Shown piece after piece: positions 25,692-37,200 of a stretch of DNA of 64,000 nucleotides; the first letter of the stretch is position 1, and each line of letters opens with the position of its first letter. The notes under the pieces are model-generated. The model saw nothing but the letters and a program-made list of their open reading frames with translations, did not search any database and was not told the origin of the DNA. Source of the stretch: Phoronis australis (taxonomy: Eukaryota; Animalia; Phoronida). The position numbers and the translations under genes were made by a program. The DNA is taken from positions 615,511-679,510 of the forward strand of contig NMRA01000092.1 of NCBI GenBank assembly GCA_002633005.1, given 5' to 3'.

Positions 25692-26685
25692 AAGAAGCTG
25701 CCATAAGAGTGCAGCCTGAACTAGTGTGGGATTAGTATCTTGCCATACTTCAGAATACACTGGGAAGACTTGGCTCAAATTTGATCAATAAAATCGCATG
25801 CCCAAAAATCAAACAGGTGTGTGATCTCGAAATATTATTTTAGAGCTTGCTGACAAATAACTTAGCGTAGCTTATCTATCCAAACATGGCAGCCATGGAC
25901 TCTCAGTGCTCTTCACTAATTATCAAGCAATACTCTCACATTTTGAGAACCAGTTTAGTGCCGTTTTCTCATAATGAAGACCTTGTAAGTGGCTATTACA
26001 AAGGTGGTAATAATACGAGAGAACTTCCTCGTCCTGTTTACGATCACGTGCTGCTGACGAGGTCACAAAAGCGAGAACAGTCACATGATCAAGGGCCTTT
26101 AAAAGCTGCAGACTTGAAATGTCACGCTCACTGTGACTAACCAAATATCTCCTCGAGTAATTTTCTCAATTTTTACCATCGTCGCAGAAGCCAACGATGA
26201 ACACTTTTAACTGCCTATTACCAAGTTAAAACTGACAGGCTTTAGAAAAAGCTTCAATGGCTGCGTGTACTCTGAATTTGACGCTCATCGTAATCAACAT
26301 TTCTTAATTGTCATAAAAATGCACTCTAATTTGTACAGTGATATACATCAGTCTAATGAATTGCGGTGTTTTTAAAAGCATCAATTTGTGTCTTTAAATT
26401 GTATCTTGAGGGTGTTGCTTTATGTAAAAATTGTGGCGTTGCCTGATCTATGTAATCTGCTAAAGGCGCCATCCTTAAAATTAATTCATTTGTCAAAGAG
26501 AATTGAGTTGAGTATCCTACAGTCTATGGGTTCAAGCTACTGAATAATATCTGTTTTCTGGGAAATTGCTCGTTCTTATCTGGGGAATTGATAAAATGAA
26601 GTATGGTGTTAGTTACGTGTTTTTTCATTCAGTTTCAAAACACTCTGGGCATTGGTGCTTTGCAGTTGAAAAATACTTCAAGCGC

Positions 26686-26717
26686 ATGAATGAATGAATG
26701 AATGAATGAATGAATGA
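26686..26717. repeat. (ATGA)n microsatellite
   Basis: About 8 tandem tgaa units. Confidence 0.95.
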
Positions 26718-27689
26718 ACAGTCATAGAAGAGACGGAATGAATAAATGAATGAAAGAATTTTAGTTTGATTGCATCTTGGATGTAATTTTGACTAGTTGC
26801 ACGAATTAAAAGTAAAGAAACAAAAGTGGTATGTTTTATTTCTTGGGGCATCTTTATTTTTCATTGGTACGAAAACGTAGCTGATTCGTCACAATATTTA
26901 TTGTGGGTCATTCTGTGCTAATGTAAAGTTTGGTTTCCTGACTGTTTTGACAGAAACCAAAAACTCTGAGTGGACCCCAAACATTTTGGAAGACACCTAA
27001 ACCCTAGTGTTAGGGAGTGTAGGGCAAACACTGATGACATTTGTCAGTTGTAGAAGTTTAAGCAATTTTCAATGACAACATTTTAAATGTAACACCCATC
27101 CCATTGGGCTTTTTGTAGGAGATTGCTGTCCAATGACAATTGGTTTCTTGCTAATTTAAATTTTACAGTGCTGTTTTGTTTTTCCTGAGTGGATTTGAAA
27201 GTGATTAATGCATTTATAAGCTTGTCTCGATTATACTGTTTAATTGCTTAATCTCTGAAATAATCGATGGAAATTAAAGTGTCAGAATAAATTCTTGTTA
27301 GGTAGACATAATGCCACGTTGGCTGCTTGTCAATCCAGTACAAGTATGAAGCCAGCTCCAAGTATGCATTGTTGACAACCATAATAAATCAAAAACTTGT
27401 TATAAATTTTGGTTTGTGGTTTTGAAAAACAAAACAAGCATACTGGCCCTTAAAAATAGCCACTGCCCATGTACAGGGATCTTATTTTATTTCTTATTCT
27501 GATTAAAATTGATATTTATGCCTAATATACATGGTTTGTGATTTTGAGAAACAAATCATAAGTATACTGGTCATTAAAAAATAACCACTATGATTTTGAA
27601 AAACAAATCATAAGTATACTGGTCATTAAAAATAACCAGTATACTGATACAATTGATCTCGGGTTAATCCTTATTCAGATTAAATTTGA

Positions 27690-28405
27690 CTAGCCGTTCC
27701 CGTGCTTTCGCACTGGTAGCAGCTAGTGGGAAACGCCGAGGGGAAATAGCTACACCTATAAGAGTGAACCGATCAAGTGTTCATCGTAAGAGACAGGAAT
27801 ACTTCTTGAAGAGACCGTGTTCAAAGCTTCAAGCAGAATTTCTATCACCTGTCAGATTTTAGTAAGCAATTAAGATGTGTGGCTGTGGGATTCTTCCCCT
27901 AGGCAGTACAAATTTCCTTCCAGAACATTTGACCCTGCCGTAACACACAGTACGGTAATCAGATATTCTTCAGTTTAAAGTGAAAACTAAGAATGCATTT
28001 AAAAGCATAACTGAAGAATGCCAATTTTCCAACACCCGGGTAAATACTTTTAGTTTACTCAAGGAAGAGTGAAAATTTTGTAATGAGGCATCATTAATTT
28101 TGGCGGCGACAGGCCCGATGAATTACATACGTGACAGAAGCTGGAGGGAGTGAAGTTAAGCCGACGGAGTGACGTCACCCAGGCCTTTAAGCCGACCGAC
28201 TGATGTCACCTAGGCCAGTACAAAGCTGCCCACCCTCCCTCGTCGACGAAAAAACGGCCCACGAGAAAAAATAGAACACCTCGAATTCAAATAAGGGGCC
28301 GATGCAATACCTGGGACCAAGGCGGTGCCGAAACGGGCGCAACAAAGGTCTGTAGTGGAGCGGGTGAGACGGAGTTTGTGCAAACGATGCATTTTATATA
28401 ATAGG
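27690..28405 (-). mobile_element. Non-autonomous Helitron (~716 bp)
   Basis: Minus-strand 3' end ccagtgc-gaaa-gcacggg-aacgg-CTAG; inserted between A and T with no TSD; the joined flanks match an uninterrupted paralogous site at 27490-27530. Confidence 0.8.
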
Positions 28406-31400
28406 TATTTTGTGCCTATATGGTGAAGTGGCAGTTTGTGCTGGAACACCCAGGTGAAGGTCAGAGAGTTGGATGAAGTGTGACTAACACAAGGTCGTTT
28501 GTATATGTCCAAGCATCTTATCTAACTGCCAGATCTTCTGTAGCTTCAGGGTCTGTTTCATGTACGGTAACCCAACTTAAAACCCTCCCGTGTATTTGGG
28601 TTTATTGCAAAATGGAACCTTATGTAGAATTTCAAACTCCAAAAGTGAACCCTGTTGTAGGTAATTTTGTCAAAAAGACTCCCTACCGAATAAGTCCCAG
28701 TGTTAACAGTAGTGCGGTAATCTTAAGATGAATTACCAGTTCACTGACCTCCGCCTCCCTGGGCTACCAAACAACTGGCAAGTTTATCTAAGAGATTAAT
28801 TCCTAATTATGTCTGGCAAGAATACATATCAAACACTAATTACCAACGTGTTTCTAAAGAAACAAATTACTAGTTTACATTGTTGTTCAGACGAAGCCAC
28901 TTGAGGTGTTTTCAAAACAAGTTTTTATGTGATTAGTAAAGAAGTGTGAAATTTGATAAGTCATTACGCATAAATCTTGTGTGAAAATAACTTCCCATAG
29001 TAATAGTAACACGCCTCTGGCAGAATTTCAATTTCTACGTAGTCATGCCTTTAAAGGTGTATTTGCATGTTCTTAACTATGCTATTTGATAGCCGAACTA
29101 AACCACAATGCTATTTGAACATCATCTACGCTAAACAAAGTGCAGTTGAATTCATTGACAACTTGTAAATGTGAAAACAAAAAATCAGCAAATAGGTGAC
29201 CTTTACACTAACGATGTTTCTTGGGGGCTCACATAGCCCACATCATGGCAGTTCGACACATTCTTACTGGATGCGGTTGAGTGATTTAGGGCGAGCCATT
29301 TGCAACACATAACTCGTTCTTAAAAACATTTGGCAATTTTCAATTTACTTTACAATCACATTGTGGCTATAGGTTGTGTTTCTATCTAATTTGATCAAGC
29401 AATCAGAGGGATAAGAAAATTGGCATGTTAGTTCTACTTTAATGTTACAACTACTTCACTATACGTTATTCACAATATTATTTGTGATATTGTTATTATA
29501 ATAATGATAGACATTCATAATGATAATGAGGGTGGTTTTGTTATTCATTAGCTATGATAGTGAAGGGTGGTGCCTTTCGATGTGTCATAGTATATAAATA
29601 ACAATAACACCCTATTTTTGAAATAAAGGGACACAGCTGTTCCTTGATTGCCTCGTTAACATCATTTTGAATTGTTGGACTAGTGACATCACTAACCTGT
29701 CAGTTCTAATAATTAATGAGGCGTAGTTCGTTAACGTAAATGGCATAGTGTCAGTCAAATTGAAGGTGTTGATTGATTGTGCAATGACTACACACTTTCA
29801 GTTTGGTGACATGTTTGTGTTCTGTGAAAACATATGTAGGAAGCATTTCATTCCCCTGCATGTTTAACCCAGGGAGAGTATGGCCTTTTAGCTTCACTAA
29901 TAATTGTATTGTCAACAGTTGAACCTTGTTACAAAAACCTGGGACAAATGAAAGACGTTAGTTGTAACCGAGGTTTGCTGTAACCAAATCAACTTTTTTA
30001 GAGAAAGTAAGAACCATAAAACTCACCATTTTTTATGCAAGACTGTCCAACTGCATGCCCAGCCGTGTGTTAGGAAATCAGGTGCGACTGTGCGTCAGGC
30101 ATTGCGCGCAAATATGAAATTAATGAGTCCATGTGTGATCAGCTTTGTATTCGCACGGGCTGGTTCGGCGTAATTTGTTGCTGAAGTTATCCACAAGGAC
30201 ATCTAAATTTGTATATCTTTACCGTGAGATCAAGTTGGTCAAATTTTCAAGATACAAAGAAACATTAATGGTCAGTGACTATTTTTATGTAAGGATATGC
30301 TACAGTACTGCAAGAATTAATTTCTTTGGCAATGCAAATTGCCGACCTCAACACTCTTATCAAGCAGATCTCTTTCTCTGATTATTAATGAGGGGACAGT
30401 ATCTGAGGCAAACAACCAACGTGACTGTTTTTGAAATTGAAAAGCAAATAGCCTTTTTTGAATTTTTAAAATTCATGCCTTATAAAAGAAATTAGTGAAT
30501 AGGTTTTCTTCAGCATTGTAGCCATGCCACAACCATTATTTTGTGAATTGATTATTACCTGTTACTCACAGTTTGGCTTAGGCTCACTTGGCGTTGAGGT
30601 TACAAAACCCCAAATGTTTGTGTGGGAACTGTCTTGTGTGAAAGAAGGAACAAATTGAGACTTCCTGACACAGATCTTAAAATATTAAATCCAGGTCATT
30701 GATCTGTATTTGTACATGTAGTTGTCCATGATTTACCATCATGATTATTGTCATTAGAGATCGTATCTGTAATTATGCTGATGAGTCCTCAGTAGTTGAT
30801 GTTGTTGAAATCTTACATGCCGCTATCTTACTAATTAGACAGAAAAATGACAAACGATTGCGCAAATGGCCAAATGAAGTTATCTATTTTCTGCTAATGT
30901 GTGAATACTGACATAATGATTACCTGTGATGGGTAAAATTCGTGGTCAGTTAGTTGTGTCAAGTGATACTTCCTTCACATTGTCGGATGATTTATTTTTA
31001 CCATAGGTCTTCAACAGATGGGAAAAAATAAACTGGAATCAACCAATCGCAACACTCATGGTTCCCAATCTCAGACAAAAATAATTTTCAAAATTGCCTC
31101 GTTTTTATTTTTTTCAGGGGCTTCCAATGTTGTTGTGGATGCCCACGTTTGCGATATATTGTTGAGCCATAGGTATAGTACAGGACTTGAACAGGCATAA
31201 GTGGTAATTAAGTGCTGCATGTCTTTCATTGAAAAACCAGGAAATAGACCTTTCATAGGATATTGTGGACAACACTTCCTGACAGACAAGGTCAAAAGTG
31301 AACCACTTTGCCTAAAAGTGTAGATTATGTGTTGTTATGCGTTGGTTTCAGTTTGTTGATTAGTGATCCTTGGGATTAGTTGAATCCTTTTTTAATGACA

Positions 31401-32249
31401 TCTGGTTAATGAAACGTGGCACCATATTCATCTTGCTCGTCTCTCTCTGAATATGACTGTGTTGAATAATTAAGTACTTATGTTTAATGGATAGCCGTGT
31501 AACCATTAGCAATTTTTAATTAGAAAATTCACCATTTTGTTGATTATACATGTCAGAATTATCCATTGTTCCGCTAATAAATGATCTATTAAATAAAGTT
31601 CAGTTGTCTGAGAGCTGTATTTAATTATTGAGTTGGGCAGAAATTACTTTTGGAAAAAGGTAAATGTCCCATTACGTTCAGAAAAAAATATGTTGATGTA
31701 GAGATGAAGTTGGCACTTCCAACCAGTTTCAATAATTTACTTAATTTGCCTTGGTATTGTGTGTTGAATTAGAGATATGAATTTGGTTGCTGTTATATGT
31801 TAAAACCATCACTCTGGCCACAATGCGGTCATAAATTGTCAGGTGCATTGAGTACTTTATTAAGCTGCTGTTGTGCCTGATTTTGTTGACCTCGAGAATC
31901 TTCTACTTACAGCCAATTTCCTATATAGCGGTGACATAATGAGTACACCTCGTCACTAGATGGCGATACGTAGTTGGTGGAGAGCGTTCTGCATGCTTTG
32001 GGTTGATTTAATGCAGTTAGGATATATCGAAGTGTTATTTTTGCAAATTCTTTGCAACCTTCGTCAAGCTGTTAGTGTTGTACACTGCGATGTTCAAACA
32101 ATTCACAGTCAGAAATTTCTGTGAATTGAAGATTGAATCGTATTTCACCTTTGTTTACTCCTCTTGTGTTGCACGCCAGTATCAGAAGTTGGGTGACTTG
32201 CAAACGCAACTCTCATGTGCTCACAGGAGATTTGCCTGTAAAATGTTTC

Positions 32250-32870
32250 CTATTAAAACATTAAGGTACCATATTGCCGCACCTTTAGGCTTGTGGGCCT
32301 ATATTGGAACTGATGCCTTTTTTGCGGCTTTTTTACCCAAGTGGTTCGCATATTGGCACATGCCTCTAAATTTCGCATGCGAGCCCATGTCCCCTGCATT
32401 GATTTGAATATGGGCACACCCGTTTTGACAACCGCTGTCCATCTTAATTGCAAATTTGTTGCATTTGCCTCCTTATCTTTAATGGCTCTTCTGAGGTACC
32501 TGTGCGTGTTCAAACCAATTGCTATCTGCCTTTCCTTATACGGCGTCTTCTTGTTACCATGCAAGTGCGAAAAGGCTGCTTCACATGTTTTCATGTAATT
32601 GAGGTTGGTTTACTCATGTTTTCTTGGGCTGCATTAAAACATCCTGATAAGTCCAATACATCCAGAATAACAGAATTTCATTTGAGGAAGTTTTTACGAT
32701 TTGATTATTGAGGTATCAACATCTTACAGCCATAAGCCGCTGCTGATTCTGGTGTTTTCCGTTTGAACCGCTCTCAAAAAATCTGGTCTCAATGCTTCAG
32801 ACGATTGCTGGGTTGTTATAAAAGTTGTAATCTGGAGCGAATAGTTTTGGGCTCAGTAGCCATGTTGTGA
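32250..32870 (-). mobile_element. Decayed Crypton/DUF3504-like fragment
   Basis: Broken frames give ENTRIS..AYGCKML, KKTPYKERQIAIGLNTHRYLRR and IKDKEANATN, resembling Crypton-derived N-terminal regions. Weak match by eye. Confidence 0.35.
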
Positions 32871-34075
32871 GACTCGAACTATTTCAAGTGATTAGTCTAT
32901 TTAGTAGCTGAACTTTTTAAGAAAATCCTTTAGGTCATTGATTTTCATAGAACTCTCCAATATTAGAATACTTATTAGCATCAGGGTCAGTGTGGCTGAC
33001 TTGGAGGTTGTAGATCATTTAGAATGTTATTTGATTGACAGGTTTTCTGGTTGACTGGAACATTGTCGATATGAATGAATTAGCCCACACAACTATACCA
33101 AGAAGAATTGTTTGCTCTATAATCAATAAAATCAATTTTGCCACCACTTAATATGTCATTAGTTTCTTTCTGACTCTCCCTGTCTCCCTCTTCCTCCCTA
33201 TCAGTCTCTCACTCCCTCAATCTCCCTGACTGTTCATCTCATGAATGATCATTATTATACGAGTAATTCACTGAATGAACATGATTGCATATACATAAAG
33301 TGGTCCCTGTGTGTTTACCTCAACTTAAGTGCCATTCACTCACAGACTTACCTTAAAACAAGTTACTCCTGGAACAAGTTGTCGCTAGGTTTGTGTGCTG
33401 TCTGGACACTATTTAAAGTAGCGCAATGTACCCAACTTCTGACAACTTACTCTACATTATCGAGGTGGGGCAAGTTGCGCTACTTGTAATCACTGTGTGT
33501 CTGCAAAAGTGGGGTAGGGGGGAAGTAATTATCAGCTCTGGTGACATACAGACGGGTTTTCTCTTATGCACCATATTGGCATTTAAAGGTTTCATTTTCA
33601 CGCACTTAGCGACAATTTCTGCCTTCCCCTAGTTATCGGGTATGTACGGGTGTGTACGTGTGTAGACGTTCCACTTAAAAAGTGGAGTAATGGTAATTTG
33701 CATTAGTGCAAGTTGTTCCAGTGTAGGCTGTGTGTGGACAAGAGGCATGGGAGACAATATCCAATGCAATAATCTGCCAGATGGCAGGATGACAGGCAGA
33801 CTCAGCATGGAGGCTTGATGGAGCAGTTTATTATGTGAATTAACAAAACACTGGTTTATGAGTTCTTGTAATATTAGCACTCACTTGTGGCACTTAACTC
33901 CACATGGTCAGCTAGCTTTGTAGCATCTATTACACAGCTGATTGACTCTCAATTACTACTTCTGGCTTGCCAATCAATGGTATTAAAGCTGAACTGGGGA
34001 AGTGAATCAAGTAAAGTCATTGTAAAAAGAATGGTTATTGATTGTCTTGTAATATTACATAATATCATGTTTCAG

Positions 34076-34290
34076 GTGACTGTCAACACAAACACCAGAC
34101 CTCCCAATGCAGGCAGCCAGACTCCATCAGCGGTTGACCTTGGCAATGGCGTGTTCCAGCCAATGGAAGACATGCCTGCCCGACTTGACCTATTCCCAGA
34201 GTTCCTGCTTGCTGTGCTTGTTCCAGCCACTGTTGGCGTTTTGTTGGTTCTGGTGCTCAGCTGTCTCTTCTTTGGCTATCAAAACAAAAG
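34076..34290 (+). CDS. SGCE: Sarcoglycan exon: juxtamembrane and transmembrane segment
   Basis: tttcag|GTG acceptor, AAG|gtctgt donor; hydrophobic run FLLAVLVPATVGVLLVLVLSCLFF. Confidence 0.88.
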
Positions 34291-37200
34291 GTCTGTGTAC
34301 AAGTTTGATATGTAAATGATAATTCTCCACTTATTTTCCACAAAAATTATTGTCAGAATTGCCATTTTCCATTTTTTTGCGCCCACACATTTATATGTGG
34401 GTGTTGTCGTCATCTCTGTCTGGACGTCCAGCGTACACAGCTCTGTCTCCTAAACCTCTTGCTTGATCTTATTGAAATTTGGCAGTTGTGATCTTAAGCG
34501 ACTGATGATGAATTTCGGATCGATCCAAATACGGCTGTGCCTCCTATAGTAACAATTTTAGATTTTTAAGTTAATGCCTTTGTATTGTTCGGAGTTCCTT
34601 GATGGATTTTCATGAAATTCAGCATATAGGTTTTTAATAAGGTAATGATGCTATTCCATTTTCAGATTCGACGGATTTTATGCCACCTCGTGGCCATTTT
34701 TATTTTTGCGTCCGTTTTCCGTCTGGCGTTTTTCGCTCTCTATCTACCATACCACTCATAGAATCATTATGAAAATTTGCTGATGTGTTCCTGATAAGAA
34801 GGTCATGAATGACATTGAGTTTTTGTCAAGTCCGACTACTGTGTTGCTCCCTAGTGGCAGTTTTGTTTTTTGCTTTTGCGGCCGAGTCTCCTTAACCCTT
34901 TGAAAGAGCTTAAGTTGTGAAATTTGAAAGATGTAGTCCTATGGAACTGACACAAACCGTATTGAATGTCTAACTGATCCAAATACTACTGCGCCCCCTA
35001 GTAGCAAAACGTTTTTTGTACATTTTCCTTCCTATCTTCGGAATTCATTTATGTATTTTCATGGAATTCTGCATATAGGTTTCTATTAAGGAAACGATAA
35101 GGCTAGATTTGATTTTTCTGTTTAACCTTGTGTGTACATTTAAAAAATTTTGCATATGGTTTTGACATCTGCAATGTGTGATGGTGAAGCCGCCGTGTTC
35201 GTAAGTTATAATTATGCAAGCACATGGGCCTCGGTGAGTAAAACAGATTGTCAAGCTTCTGGATATTACCGCTATATGTTTGTGAAAAAACTTATTCATT
35301 ACAAAATGAACACTAATAATTAAGTGAAGATAAAAACACAGGTAGATGATCCCGCACACTGAATTGATGCCTTTATTGCCATCTGGTGTTTGAAGGCAGA
35401 GGTACTTTTGCTGTTGGCTCAGGATTAGCAATGTCATGTCATGAAAAAATGGGTGGGAAAGGTGTAACTGAAGAATTTTGCTGATTTATGTTAAAACCCA
35501 CTGTACTACGGTATGTTAACAGTTTCTCACAAAGCCTTGTTTGTCTTCTACTCTTCATATCAATTGTTCGTTTTGGAAAATCTACACACTGTAGAAATTT
35601 TTATCTATGAAGTCGATGGTATTTTCCACGTACAGGTCTATGCACTTATATTTGGGGGGGGGGGGGTGGCTGTTAATGGAACATCCTGGTGCAATGTCCT
35701 TGTATACTGATTCATGTTTTCAATAGATCAGTGCTTGTGCGTAAATGTCTGACTTGTGCAATGTCTGTATTGTGTTATACTCACGCCTAATTATTCTTTC
35801 AGAGGTGCTCGCGAAAGACAGACTCCAGAGTAAGTGCGTCATATGAAATGATGTAAATATAATTCCAGACTACTTACCATACTCTCTGCATTCATATGCT
35901 AATCTAGTGGAACCGATTTCAGCAGTCCACTTTCCTTATTTATACTGTCAGCGGAATCACTCACTGACTCAATTGACAGTGAGAAACAAACTAAAGGAGT
36001 GAAAATGTTATTCACATGCTTGAACGAACACAGACTTAGTGAACCAGTTATTACGACTTGGACTCTAATTTACTTTCCCTTTGTTTCTTAAAATAGATGT
36101 AAAATTACTCATTCTTGAAAATGTATATAGTGTTTGAGATGCATTCCAGTTGACGGGCATAGTTGTGCACTGCCGGTTACGAAGAAGTTTTAGTAAAGCT
36201 CTATCAATTTAGTGTGTGCATACGAAGGGGGTATCATTAGAACTTTTTGATGTCACATCAGCTGGCCTTTTCGTAAGAAGCGTCTGGTTGGCTGTATTTC
36301 ATTGCCGGTATCTCCAAAATTAAGCTTTTTCAGCTTGGTGTAATGTTTATTGCGATCATTTCTGCTACCAGTACTGGTGGCTCTGAACCCCAAAGTAACT
36401 GCACTTTACAAAGAGAAAGTAGGACATGACCACACAAAGACATTCGGGAATTGAGTTTATGTATTCTGCTGGCTGGCTACAATTTTTATGCTGAGCATGT
36501 AATGTAGTGGGGTGGGCATATCTTGCCCTGAAAATTATCAGCATCATGCCCTGAAAATTATCAGCATCTTGCCCTGAAAATTATCAGCATCTTGCCCTGA
36601 AAATTATCAGCATCCTGCCTAAAATGCAACCGCGTTATTATCATGTGATCTTCATAAAGCAGTGCTTATAGAGTTTCGGTTTCTTGTAATATCTGTTTTT
36701 GCAGAAAAATTTCCAGTGAAATTGGAAATTTCATAGAAAATACATGTGGGTGTTTGAAATATCGAAATTGGCCAAAATTTCTTTGTAAGTTGTTTCGGAG
36801 TTGTTTTCAGTTGTGTAGGCCAGTGATGATCATAAAGGCAGGTAGTCCTTGTGCTGAAATAACACCCAGTAGAAATCATGCAGTATTGCTGATGGCATTA
36901 CAGCTACCAGTTGCAGCAGTATGCATCTGTGCGCTATGCTACTGACAGACTACGCAGCATGTCCCAACACCGAGAGAACTCCCCCACACCAGTACAGAGT
37001 CATGCTGAAACGGCCTTTCAACCTGACGATGTGTCAACCCCTGCGTCGCTCCATATGAGATCAAGGTATTGGTTTTTTATTAGAGTGTGTTGGTGTGAAT
37101 GGGTATCTGTATGATTGCCTCTCTATAGTCTTGTGATGTTCAAATACCTACACAGCAGCGCCATCTTTGTTGTTGTTTCCGTTGTGGGGTTCATTTTACA

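Noticed and set aside
30572-30660. Acceptor followed by FGLGSLGVEVTKPQMFVWELS, resembling a sarcoglycan N-terminus
   Set aside because: Stops after 28 codons with no good donor.
30778-30815. ctgatgagtcctcagtag hammerhead start (also ctgaagaagtgac on the minus strand at ~51640-51675)
   Set aside because: Stem II/GAAA or the cleavage triplet is missing; degenerate remnants at best.
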